Shown here: positions 1 to 9,220 of the stretch, one piece after another | How positions within the stretch are numbered: position 1 is the stretch's first letter | How the letters are laid out: each line of letters opens with the position of its first letter | NCBI GenBank assembly: GCA_046582655.1 | Contig: JAYGDX010000255.1 | Coordinates: 1-58,844, forward strand | Reading direction: 5' to 3' | From: Candidatus Poribacteria bacterium | GTDB lineage: Bacteria; Poribacteria; WGA-4E; UBA9662 | Length of the DNA stretch: 58,844 nucleotides | Position numbers and translations under genes: made by a program | Notes under the pieces: model-generated | Seen by the model: the letters and a program-made list of their open reading frames with translations, nothing else | Database searches by the model: none | What the model was told of the DNA's origin: nothing

Positions 1-1
1 G

Positions 2-805
2 GGTATAGAGTTAGCAAAGAATGCTGGTTTCGATGGGCTGGATCTCAATATTGGTGAAGCATCCCAAATTGCCGAAGAGAAGTCAGTCGGGTATGTTAAA
101 GAGCTCTGGGAAGAAGCAGGCTTAAAAATGGGTACTTGGGGGGTTCCTGTAGCATGGAACGGATCATCCCAACAATATTATGAATCCCTGTCTCGTTTGC
201 CAGCATTAGCAGAGTTAGCTGCTGAACTTGGTTGTTTTCGCACTGCAACTGTGGTGTCCCCATCCTCTAATGAAAGATCATTTCAAGAAAATTGGGATTT
301 TCATGTAGGACGGTTTGGGCCAGCAGCCGAAATACTGCGCGATTATGGACATTCGCTCGGACTAGAGTTCATTGGTCCGCGAACAAGTCGAGCAAATGCG
401 AAGCATGGTTTTGTTTTTACCATGGATGGCATGTTGGGTTTAGCTGCTGCGATTGGTACAGGTAACGTGGGCCTTTTACTTGATACATGGCATTGGTATA
501 CTTGCCAGTCAACGCTTTCTGATCTCCAACATCTTCGGCGTGAGGATGTCGTTTGCCTTCACGTGAATGATGCACCACAAGGTATCCATGTGGAAGATCA
601 GATTGATAATGTTCGTTGTATGCCGGCGGAAACAGGGGTAATTCCCTTAGGTGAATTTTTCAAGATTCTACATCAGATTGGTTATGATGGACCCGCTACA
701 GTTGAGCCATTCAACGAACGTATCCGTCAGATGTCCCCAGCTGATGCGGCGCAAGCAACTAAAGATTCGCTGGACACTGTTTGGGAACAGGCTGGCTTAG
801 CCTGA
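2..805 (+). CDS. Sugar phosphate isomerase/epimerase family TIM-barrel protein (5' truncated by window edge)
   Basis: Frame is open from position 2 (GIELAKNAGFDGLDL...) through the ORF-track start at 128. Metal-ligand motifs GLEF, LLDTWH, LHVND, TVEPF are typical of the xylose-isomerase-like (AP_endonuc_2) family. Confidence 0.85.
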   Translation, partial: GIELAKNAGFDGLDLNIGEASQIAEEKSVGYVKELWEEAGLKMGTWGVPVAWNGSSQQYYESLSRLPALAELAAELGCFRTATVVSPSSNERSFQENWDFHVGRFGPAAEILRDYGHSLGLEFIGPRTSRANAKHGFVFTMDGMLGLAAAIGTGNVGLLLDTWHWYTCQSTLSDLQHLRREDVVCLHVNDAPQGIHVEDQIDNVRCMPAETGVIPLGEFFKILHQIGYDGPATVEPFNERIRQMSPADAAQATKDSLDTVWEQAGLA

Positions 806-809
806 GTAC

Positions 810-1214
810 ATGTCCGTTTTTGAAACACCAGATCAACTTTATGGTTGTATTGGTGGGTTGTTGAACAGAATGGGAGCAGATCCGGTTGTCTTGGCAGAAC
901 TTCAGAGTTTGAAGCTGAAAGTTAAATTCACTTTCCATGATCCGGAATCATCAATTTTCCTAACGGTGGAAGATGGCACACATTCGATTCATTATGGGGA
1001 GACTTGTCAGAAACCGGATATTGAATTAGCTATGTCAGGTGATGTTGCCCACTATTTCTGGATGGGTGAGATCAATGTTATGCAAGCAATCACAAAACAG
1101 CAGATTGTTGCCAGTGGATCTCTGGGTAAAATTATGAAACTTGTTCCGTTGATTAAGGCGTCAATTAAGCTTTACCCACAACATTACGAGCAATCCATTA
1201 GCTCGATCAGCTAG
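810..1214 (+). CDS. SCP2 sterol/lipid-binding domain protein
   Basis: 134 aa; PDIELAMSGDVAHYFWMGEINVMQAITKQQIVASG matches the SCP2 C-terminal pattern; starts 4 bp after the upstream gene. Confidence 0.8.
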   Translation: MSVFETPDQLYGCIGGLLNRMGADPVVLAELQSLKLKVKFTFHDPESSIFLTVEDGTHSIHYGETCQKPDIELAMSGDVAHYFWMGEINVMQAITKQQIVASGSLGKIMKLVPLIKASIKLYPQHYEQSISSIS

Positions 1215-1939
1215 GGTTGAGGTGTCCAAGCCATGACAGTTCCAAAACTGGCAAATTCGCTATGATTTCCTGAGGTCAGGATTCTCGATCCTTGCACGAC
1301 AACCTTAGCACTCAGGCTAGTAATCTTGTAGCTTGTTGGTTGATCTTTGGCAATTAGCGGATTGTCGTTTTCGGCTTTTAGCTTGTCCAATCGGTAGTGT
1401 ACTGATCGATGAGCGTCTACTGTAAACTCGCATGAAGTGTTCTGATGACTGGTATCCTCATACAGAACTTTAATTGTACATATTGTGTCAAAGTCAGAAG
1501 TATTTGATACGCAGATGGATTCGTGAGAGAAGTAACCACCGCCGCCTGCTTCCCATTCTTTCTCTTCTTTCGTTAGGCTAGCCATATATCCGTCTGGAAC
1601 AATCCAAACATAGGCGCCGTCGCCCTCTGAGAGGTATGATGTCAGGATTTTTTCAATCGCCTTGGAAACTTCTTCAGGGGCTGTAAACTGTTCGATATCA
1701 ATCGATATAAAATTGCTGTAATTTGTTATCCCGCGGAAGCTAATCTGACTGATCTCAGGGTTGAACCGACCATTGATGTTCATAATTATTTTTCCGTTTT
1801 CCAGGACAACGACCTGTCCTATTCCCTTTGAAGCAATCCAGTCTTTAAACGCCGAGTTCACAAGCGAATTTACGGTCTGTAAATCATCTACTTCATGACT
1901 GTAGTCTCTGATTGTATTTAAAAGCTTGGTAAATGACAT
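1211..1939 (-). CDS. Protein with C-terminal ASRT (Anabaena sensory rhodopsin transducer / DUF1362)-like domain and ~105 aa unknown N-terminal region
   Basis: GAYVWIVPDGYM...SHESICVSNTSD...FTVDAHRSVHYRLDKL...VVVQGSRI follows the ASRT pattern W-x-x-x-[ED]GY...SHE-x-x-C-x-x-N...V-x-A-x-R-x-x-H-x-R...VVQ-x-x-R. Confidence 0.7.
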   Translation of the reverse strand: MSFTKLLNTIRDYSHEVDDLQTVNSLVNSAFKDWIASKGIGQVVVLENGKIIMNINGRFNPEISQISFRGITNYSNFISIDIEQFTAPEEVSKAIEKILTSYLSEGDGAYVWIVPDGYMASLTKEEKEWEAGGGGYFSHESICVSNTSDFDTICTIKVLYEDTSHQNTSCEFTVDAHRSVHYRLDKLKAENDNPLIAKDQPTSYKITSLSAKVVVQGSRILTSGNHSEFASFGTVMAWTPQP

Positions 1940-2784
1940 GGTCTGTTCTCCATCATTATATCTCTATTTTGTATTAGGAAATTTTCTAGATCTAACCATG
2001 AATCGACTAATAGTATAATGCCCGGTCGATGAATTTCCGGATTGTATTTTTCATTGCTGGTGATTGAGACTGTTGGAATTCCAAAGTAATCAATGACCTG
2101 ACGAGTAACATAGTTATCACCGATTAACACTCCAATATCAGCAGACAAAATAGCTAGGAAATCCGTTATTGAGTCGCCAATATAAAGCGTCTTGCCGGTT
2201 TTAGAACGATACTTCTCAAAAAAAGACAATTTGTCCTGAGCGGAAGTAACGTTTTGTCGAATTTCACCGGTTGATTTGCCGAAATCATCAAAAACAAGAT
2301 GGTTTGTCCTTATTTGGTCACACAGCCCATCCATTGCACTTTGGATTAGCGTCTTTGACCAGTTGGCTGACAGAATCTCAATTTCTACTGCTGATGCTTG
2401 CAGTCCCTTTAACATGTTAGCAACACCTTCTCGTTTCAACGCGTTGCGACCGAGTTGTTTCAGGTCATGCTTTGTCAACCCACGCAAGAACTGCTGCTGT
2501 GTAACACGACGAAGTGATTCTTCTTCAATTGGCTTAAACGATTCCAGAAAATCAATCAGATGGTTCGCCGATTCCGGTGCTGAGAGCCATTTTTTTACGT
2601 TCGATTCCTGTTGCGAAACGTACCATTGTACTACCTGCTCCCATTGTGTTAAAAACTGGTCCTGATTGCTCCGGTTTTCAGCAGCAGTCAAAACCAACGG
2701 GCTGATTGTATCCTTTTGCGTAACAGTTCCGTCAAAGTCGGCAATCAACTTAGAAATCGGGTAGTTTTTCACGCCATAATTCAT
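1918..2784 (-). CDS. HAD-IB family phosphatase (TH2/Cto1-like)
   Basis: Motif I DFDGTVT, motif II LSANW, motif III K (QDKL), motif IV YIGDSITD. Confidence 0.8.
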   Translation of the reverse strand: MNYGVKNYPISKLIADFDGTVTQKDTISPLVLTAAENRSNQDQFLTQWEQVVQWYVSQQESNVKKWLSAPESANHLIDFLESFKPIEEESLRRVTQQQFLRGLTKHDLKQLGRNALKREGVANMLKGLQASAVEIEILSANWSKTLIQSAMDGLCDQIRTNHLVFDDFGKSTGEIRQNVTSAQDKLSFFEKYRSKTGKTLYIGDSITDFLAILSADIGVLIGDNYVTRQVIDYFGIPTVSITSNEKYNPEIHRPGIILLVDSWLDLENFLIQNRDIMMENRPCHLPSF

Positions 2785-4176
2785 TTACAGGTTAGGATGT
2801 GTCATTTGGCTGGGTATCACTGCTGTGTCGAATTCCTCTTGGGTTAAGAGATCCATCTCAACCGCTACCTGTTTAAGTGTTTTGCCATCTGTGTGTGCCT
2901 TCTTAGCCACAGCGGCAGCCTGATCATAGCCGATGTGTGGAGCCAGGGCCGTCACAAGCATCAATGAATCATTTAGATAATGATCAATTTGATTGAGGTT
3001 GGCAGTGATACCAACGACGCAGTTTTCATTCAATGAATTACAAGCGTCACCAAGCAAACGTATCGATTGTAACACGTTAAAAGCCATTACCGGCATATAC
3101 ACGTTCAGTTCAAAGTTACCAGAGGCACCGGCAATCGAAACTGTAGTATCGTTGCCAATTACCTGAGCGTATACCATGGTCATGGCTTCGCATTGTGTCG
3201 GGTTGACCTTACCGGGCATAATTGAACTGCCTGGTTCGTTTTCTGGCAGGCTAATCTCGCCAATTCCGCATCGCGGTCCACTGCCGAGCCAACGGATATC
3301 GTTGGCGATTTTGTTAAGAGAGCATGCCAGTGTTTTCAATGCTGAACTGGCTTCAACAAGTGCATCTCGGGCACCCAGAGCTTCAAATTTGTTGGGTGAC
3401 GTGATAAATGGAAATCTGGTTCGTTCAGCAATTGCCTGAGCAGCGCGCTGGGCATATTCAGGATGGGTGTTTAGACCTGTACCAACCGCAGTACCACCGA
3501 TGGGAAGTTCATAGAGATGGGGTAACGCGTGATCAATGGCTCTAAGCGCGTTAGTGAGTTGTTGCCCATATCCTGAGAATTCCTGGCCCAGAGTCAATGG
3601 TGTTGCGTCTTGCAGATGGGTCCGGCCAATTTTTACAATATCTTTGAATTCATCAGCTTTCTCGAGTAGGGCGTCTCGCAGATGGGTAACTGCTGGGATT
3701 AGGTGATTCTTGATTTGGTTGACCGTCGCAACATGAATGGCGGTTGGAAATGCGTCATTTGTTGATTGTGATTTATTGACATGATCGTTGGGATGAATCG
3801 GTGTTTTGCTCCCCAGTTCTCCTTGGTGCATTTCAATGGCGCGATTGGCAATGACCTCGTTTGTATTCATATTAGTTTGGGTGCCGCTTCCGGTTTGCCA
3901 AACAACCAGCGGAAAGTGATCGTCCAGATCCCCGTTAATAACTTCCTGTGTCGCTTCTAAAATTGTTTTTGCCTTTTTCTTGTCCAGTAAGCCTAGTTCC
4001 ATGTTTACCTCTGCCACGGATTGTTTTACAATGCCCAGCGCCCAGATCATTTCTCTTGGAAACCGTTCACTACCAATTTTAAAATTTTCTAGGGAACGCT
4101 GCGTTTGCGCACCCCAGTATCTGTCAGCGGGAACCTCTATTTCTCCCATACTGTCTTTTTCAATTCTGGTACTCAT
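2785..4176 (-). CDS. fumC: Class II fumarate hydratase
   Basis: [37 protein letters not shown] and the signature [11 protein letters not shown]. Confidence 0.97.
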   Translation of the reverse strand: MSTRIEKDSMGEIEVPADRYWGAQTQRSLENFKIGSERFPREMIWALGIVKQSVAEVNMELGLLDKKKAKTILEATQEVINGDLDDHFPLVVWQTGSGTQTNMNTNEVIANRAIEMHQGELGSKTPIHPNDHVNKSQSTNDAFPTAIHVATVNQIKNHLIPAVTHLRDALLEKADEFKDIVKIGRTHLQDATPLTLGQEFSGYGQQLTNALRAIDHALPHLYELPIGGTAVGTGLNTHPEYAQRAAQAIAERTRFPFITSPNKFEALGARDALVEASSALKTLACSLNKIANDIRWLGSGPRCGIGEISLPENEPGSSIMPGKVNPTQCEAMTMVYAQVIGNDTTVSIAGASGNFELNVYMPVMAFNVLQSIRLLGDACNSLNENCVVGITANLNQIDHYLNDSLMLVTALAPHIGYDQAAAVAKKAHTDGKTLKQVAVEMDLLTQEEFDTAVIPSQMTHPNL

Positions 4177-4224
4177 GGTATTCTCCTATCCTCAATTTAT
4201 CGGGTTGATTTAAGTTGATTGAAA

Positions 4225-4254
4225 ATTATAGCATCCTGCCAAAACTTGGCTCAA
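4225..4254 (-). promoter_or_regulatory. Putative sigma70 promoter for fumC
   Basis: Minus strand TTGAGC-N18-TATAAT with an extended -10 TG. Confidence 0.5.
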
Positions 4255-4550
4255 GGTTCTTTCCTGAAGTGTTTTATTGATCGTGTTCTATTCCGAGGTA
4301 CATGAATAGGTTGCTGATGACGCTTGTTATGCTGGCACGTAATGTTTCCGTGGAATTTGAAAAGGGCCTGGCGTCACTTTAAATTAAGGTGTGAAGGGCC
4401 AAAGGATGGGTTCTGCTTGGTTTTTGACTTCCCTTTTTGATTGCCTTTGTTTAGAATGTCCAATTATCTCATGTTTTCTATTTTCAAAAGGTTTCTTCTT
4501 AGTTATTCACAAGCGAATAATATTGCAGCAATTAAATGAAAGGTTAGAAA

Positions 4551-5351
4551 ATGGGTCAGTATATTACAGAGGCGCAGTGGGAACACTTTGATAATGAAGG
4601 CTACGTCCGAATTGGACAGATAGCCAGTAACCAACTACTTGCCGACATCCAGCAACGTATGGATGATATCATGCTTGGTAAGGCTCCACTCGATTATGAT
4701 CAGATTATGATGCAACTCGACCGTGAACCGGGGACAGGCAAGCCTGGTCCTCAGAGTAATGGGCACAAAGGCGCTACATTGCTGTATCGAAAGATTCAGA
4801 AGCTGGAGTATGATCCGGTGTTTCTTTCATACATGCAGAATCCAGTTTTTCAAGAAGTTTGTACCAGAATTTACGGTCAAGGTGCCCCTATAACTTGTCT
4901 GCGCGCCATGTTTATGAATAAGCCTGCTCAAGAAGGCACCCGTTTAACTTGGCATCAGGATAGGTGGACCGATCTTGATATAGATCCGCAGATTACGATC
5001 TACACGGCATTAGATCCTGCCACTGTTGAAAATGGTTGTATTCACATTATACCCAGATCTCATAATGAGTTGATCAATCCATCTAACGGATCCGGATTCC
5101 TGACTCAGGAACAGATTGATGATCTCTTAGTCGAATATGAGCCAATGCCGGTTGAGTTGGAAGCTGGTGAGGTGGTACTGTTGCACAACTGGACACTTCA
5201 CAGTTCGAGCACGAACCATACTGATATCCCGCGCCGTGCGTTTAGTATCTGTTATATGGATGCTGCTACCAAATCAAGCGGTGGATCGATGTTTTCCCTT
5301 ATCTTTGGTGAAAACTCTTTAAGTGTCGAACAACTTGAAGCCCAAGCATGA
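4551..5351 (+). CDS. Phytanoyl-CoA dioxygenase (PhyH) family Fe(II)/2OG oxygenase
   Basis: Canonical WHQD (HxD), ALDPATVENGC..IPRSH, distal TLHSS and the 2OG-binding R in PRRA. Confidence 0.9.
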   Translation: MGQYITEAQWEHFDNEGYVRIGQIASNQLLADIQQRMDDIMLGKAPLDYDQIMMQLDREPGTGKPGPQSNGHKGATLLYRKIQKLEYDPVFLSYMQNPVFQEVCTRIYGQGAPITCLRAMFMNKPAQEGTRLTWHQDRWTDLDIDPQITIYTALDPATVENGCIHIIPRSHNELINPSNGSGFLTQEQIDDLLVEYEPMPVELEAGEVVLLHNWTLHSSSTNHTDIPRRAFSICYMDAATKSSGGSMFSLIFGENSLSVEQLEAQA

Positions 5352-5381
5352 TGCGTTTTTCTTCAAGTTCAAACCTGTTAC

Positions 5382-5492
5382 TTAATCCCATTGGCCTGGA
5401 TGTGTCCTTCGTGGATCAGGACTTGGTAGATAGGGCTGTAGGTATTGCCATTGTTGATCTATCAGATCGGTGTTACAATTTTCCTGTTCCAT
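5382..5492 (-). mobile_element. IS5-family transposase N-terminal remnant (36 codons)
   Basis: My translation MEQENCNTDLIDQQWQYLQPYLPSPDPRRTHPGQWD* resembles the IS5/DUF4096 start (YPTDLTDxQWxxLxPLLP...GRPxxW). No catalytic domain follows. Confidence 0.55.
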
Positions 5493-5584
5493 GGTTGACT
5501 CAGGCTTTTTTATCCGAGAGTATCGTCTGGAATGCTTTGACTAAATAATTTTCAATTTCACAAAGATGATTGGAGGAACACATC

Positions 5585-6352
5585 ATGAAACGTTTTATAT
5601 TATTTTTTCTTTTGGCCACACTTTTTCAACCTGTTCAGGCGGGAGCGCAGGAACTGGTGTTGTATTTTCCATTTGAAGGTAGTGGAGACACCGTAGATGA
5701 CAAATCGGGCAAAAACAATCATGGGAAATTTGATAATGGAAAAGCTAAACGAGTCGCAAGTAAAGATAAGCCATTTGGCAAAGCCATGGAATTTAAACAG
5801 TCACGAATTATAGTTAAGGATAGTGCCAGTTTAAGTGGTGATATGAAGAAGATTTCTTTTGCCTTATGGGTCAACAAATTTGATGAGCCCGGTGGAAATG
5901 GAACATTGCCTAGAATCATTTCTCGTCATGCCGATAAACATGAGCTAGCTATGGATAGCGGACATATGCAGCGAGGGAATTTTGCCCTCTATGCCGGAGG
6001 AATTACTGGTTGGAACAAAGGTATGCCAATCAAGGAAAAACAATGGCATCATATTGTTGTAACTTATGATGGCAAGGTCTTTAACATGTATCTCAATGGC
6101 AAGCTAGAAGAAGACTACCAAATCAAGGCGCCAGGCAAGTTGGCTCTGGCTGGTCCTTTTTATGTTGGATCTCGTCATACTGGACTTGGAGAGGATTATT
6201 TGGGACTTGTGGATGAACTGGCGGTTTACTCGGGAGTTCTAGGGGAGAAAAAAATCAAGGAGATTATGGAAAATGGCGTTCTCGATCAGTTTGCGGTTGA
6301 TGCCAAAAGGAAGTTAGCCTCAACCTGGGGAGAGATTAAAAGCCGGCTTTAA
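5585..6352 (+). CDS. Secreted LamG-like jellyroll (ConA-like) domain protein with C-terminal AV..KL..TW..IK tail
   Basis: GGAGGA upstream of ATG 5585; signal peptide MKRFILFFLLATLFQPVQAGA; LVLYFPFE..G..V.DKSG..NHG, WHHIVVTYDG, YLNG, GLVDELAVY. Confidence 0.9.
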   Translation: MKRFILFFLLATLFQPVQAGAQELVLYFPFEGSGDTVDDKSGKNNHGKFDNGKAKRVASKDKPFGKAMEFKQSRIIVKDSASLSGDMKKISFALWVNKFDEPGGNGTLPRIISRHADKHELAMDSGHMQRGNFALYAGGITGWNKGMPIKEKQWHHIVVTYDGKVFNMYLNGKLEEDYQIKAPGKLALAGPFYVGSRHTGLGEDYLGLVDELAVYSGVLGEKKIKEIMENGVLDQFAVDAKRKLASTWGEIKSRL

Positions 6353-6460
6353 GTGCCAAACGGAAGTCCTCTCTTCCAATTCCAGCATCCATACGTATGG
6401 CTATGCCGTTAGACAGCAGCGTTTAGATCCGTTTATAGATGTCCGTTAGCAATGATGATG

Positions 6461-7969
6461 TTATTTGGTAGTCGAAAGGTATGTCGATAACGTATCCACG
6501 TGTTGGATAAAAGTTCGACAACTGATGATTTTTCGGGTTGGATCGTCATCACCGTGATACTGTAATCTCCCATTCTCAACCCAGGCCCTACGATCGTCCA
6601 TCGCATGAACCGCTTCGGTGGCATCTTTAGCCAGCGAGTCAGACCAGGGAATGGACTTCGATATGGTTGCCTGATCATCCCCTTTTGCGCTTGAGTGGAC
6701 TAGATCCGCTCCTGAAGCTATCGCGGCCTCGTATTGCCGTCGAATGGCGGGCAGTTTTGACGAAACCTTGAAACCGTAGTGGGTGGGAAGGTCGTCATCG
6801 GTATAAACCAACTCGTACTTCTTAGTGAAATAGAGAGGGCGATTGGTTTTTAGCTCGTAAAAGCGAGCCAGTCGTCCATCCGCTAACAGTGATGATTGGA
6901 GATAATCGAGGGCACTAGGAATGGGATCTAAGTATTTCTTTTCACCAGTGCGTCGATAAAGTTGAATCAGCGTTCGCATCACTCCCTGCGATTCGCCCCC
7001 AGTGACGGCTGGCGGCTCAAACTTTCTGGCCCAAGCAGGTTGCCCCGCTGGGTTGTATTGTTGCGCCCAAGCAGGTTGTGGATCCGGCATTTGCGCTAGC
7101 AAGATGAAATTGCCTGCCTTTAGAGCGGACTGTCGATATTTCTCTTGATCATAGATCTCTGCTGCATCCAGCATCAAGTGGATGGTGTCCGCAATGGTGT
7201 TATCGTTGAAAGTATAAAAACCGCGGTAATCCTGACGCGGATAGGTGCGAGGCCAACTGTCGGGATAGTTAGCAGGATGGACTGGAAAATCTGCAGCTTT
7301 AGGATAGTCGGCAAAGCGTTGTGGCCAAGCACCGTTAGGGTATTGTGCTTTTAGTAGCGCTTCCAATCCAGCGATTACCGCCGTGTGAATGTCAGCATTC
7401 TGAAACTGCAAGGCTTGGTCCAGACGAATCAGAAAAGAGAGAGCGGACTGAGTCGTATTGTCATCGAGTGTGGAGGTGTTTCGTTTGCCAGCAGACTCTC
7501 CATCGACGATATAGGCGTACTTTTCTCGCTTTTTAGGATCGAACTCGATCCGATAATCCCATCCACCCGATTTCAATTGTCCCCTGACTAAGGCCATACC
7601 AGTTTCAATAGCGGCTTCCAAGTAGTAGGCGTCGCCGGTCCGTTGATAGGCCAGTAGATAGACCCGGCCGATCGACGGTGTGCCAGGTGGTTGCACCCAA
7701 GCCATCGATGGTGCGGCTTTTCCTTCCCCTTCACGTTTTTGCAGATCACTTGAATATTGCCACAAGTAGCCGCCTTCAATTGAAACCTGTGTTCGAAAAA
7801 ATTCGACGGCTTGACGAAGCGCCTCGGCCGCTTGTTGGTAATTGATCTCTTCTGCAACTATAGATCCAGTGCAGATTAATAAAAACATAATTGTTAGTAG
7901 ATGCGCATATGCGCTGTACATTCGAGTTAGACACATTGGTTGTCGATTGGTGATTTTTCTGATTGGCAT
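6461..7969 (-). CDS. Pectate lyase, PL10 (pectic acid lyase) family
   Basis: STLDDNTT, AQYPNGAWPQ, TFNDN, WAQQY...PAWARKFEPPA, ARFYEL. The true start is probably downstream of 7969, near the hydrophobic signal segment. Confidence 0.85.
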   Translation of the reverse strand: MPIRKITNRQPMCLTRMYSAYAHLLTIMFLLICTGSIVAEEINYQQAAEALRQAVEFFRTQVSIEGGYLWQYSSDLQKREGEGKAAPSMAWVQPPGTPSIGRVYLLAYQRTGDAYYLEAAIETGMALVRGQLKSGGWDYRIEFDPKKREKYAYIVDGESAGKRNTSTLDDNTTQSALSFLIRLDQALQFQNADIHTAVIAGLEALLKAQYPNGAWPQRFADYPKAADFPVHPANYPDSWPRTYPRQDYRGFYTFNDNTIADTIHLMLDAAEIYDQEKYRQSALKAGNFILLAQMPDPQPAWAQQYNPAGQPAWARKFEPPAVTGGESQGVMRTLIQLYRRTGEKKYLDPIPSALDYLQSSLLADGRLARFYELKTNRPLYFTKKYELVYTDDDLPTHYGFKVSSKLPAIRRQYEAAIASGADLVHSSAKGDDQATISKSIPWSDSLAKDATEAVHAMDDRRAWVENGRLQYHGDDDPTRKIISCRTFIQHVDTLSTYLSTTK

Positions 7970-8001
7970 TTCAGCCCCCGATGTCCATTTAAGATGGATC
8001 T

Positions 8002-9042
8002 TTAACCTTCTAACTGATTAAAGTGTTGACGAACGAAATCCCAAGCTCCAGCCTTGTAATACCGATGGCCTCCTTCCCCAATATGTAATTGACAGTTATC
8101 GGGCACACTTGCCACCTGATAAATTTTCTGCAATTTTTCAAAGGCATATTTAACCTGATCAATAGGAAAGATTCGATCTTCCTTACCGGCGATAGCGGAG
8201 AATGGTCTGGGTGCGATTAATCCTGCAACTTCGTACATTTCGCCCAGCCGCAAGATACCGGGGATGTAATTGCAATCACAGTGATTGATTGAACCAATAG
8301 ATCCTTGATAGGTGCAGAAATAGCAACTGGGTACGGCAACAGAGATTCGGGTGTCACAGGCTGCGGCATGCAATGAAACCGTTCCTCCGCCGGAGTTACC
8401 GGTAATGACAATGCGTTTGGCATCGATATGTTGTTCGGCTATTGCCCAATCAATCAACCGCGACATGTCCCAGACCCTTTCACCAATTGGAGTACGGCCG
8501 ACAAGAAGCCCATGCATTAATGCAATTCGGCAGGAATTGACCTTGTTGCTGTTACGATCAATCGTTGTTCGCGTTTCACCAAATGCGCGAGTGGTGGGAG
8601 CAATGGTCAAATAACCCTGACGCACAGCCTGACATGCGATGTCGCGTTCACCTTCAATTATATGTTTTTCCTCTTCTTGGCTGTGGGCAATGCCGACATA
8701 AATATGCGGATGGTTATGTCCATGTGGCGTCAGGGCGAGTGGAAGTCCATTGTCGTGCTCCTTAGGCCGTAACAGATAAAACGGCAGTGGAACCTTGGGC
8801 TCAACCCATAGATACCACTCTTCACGAAGGTGGTCGCCCATATCCTCGGACTTCAGCATTTCTGCTGCAGGTTGATGATGGCTCAAATCCATTTCAATGT
8901 TGTGAAGACCAAGTGCCTGCCGTAACTGTTTCCGAAACGCTTCTTGCCAATTGGTTAATTCTCCTTCACTCTCAGCACAGAACTCAAATTCTCTGGGTGC
9001 CGTACTGTATAAGTGGTTATAATGTCGCTCAGAATTGTACAT
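8002..9042 (-). CDS. Alpha/beta hydrolase (dienelactone hydrolase / acetylxylan esterase-like)
   Basis: Nucleophile elbow GNSGGG, acid GKEDRIF, His in GGHRY; LIAPRP. Confidence 0.85.
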   Translation of the reverse strand: MYNSERHYNHLYSTAPREFEFCAESEGELTNWQEAFRKQLRQALGLHNIEMDLSHHQPAAEMLKSEDMGDHLREEWYLWVEPKVPLPFYLLRPKEHDNGLPLALTPHGHNHPHIYVGIAHSQEEEKHIIEGERDIACQAVRQGYLTIAPTTRAFGETRTTIDRNSNKVNSCRIALMHGLLVGRTPIGERVWDMSRLIDWAIAEQHIDAKRIVITGNSGGGTVSLHAAACDTRISVAVPSCYFCTYQGSIGSINHCDCNYIPGILRLGEMYEVAGLIAPRPFSAIAGKEDRIFPIDQVKYAFEKLQKIYQVASVPDNCQLHIGEGGHRYYKAGAWDFVRQHFNQLEG

Positions 9043-9220
9043 ATACTTTGTCCTTCATAAGAATAATATTATGGTGTTTTTTTTATTGTTTCTGCTGGGC
9101 TCAGATAGATCTTATGTTACAGTAGATCAGCGAGTATTGACAATAACTTAATTATACTCTATGACGGACTAGATGCTACTAATTGAATATCTTAAACTTG
9201 CATCATCTTAAGGAGAAATT

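Noticed and set aside
4391..4591. 66-aa ORF upstream of phyH
   Set aside because: Overlaps the promoter region and phyH start in another frame; no recognisable motif.
5348..5548. 66-aa plus-strand ORF
   Set aside because: No recognisable features; better explained as the antisense shadow of the IS5-like stub.
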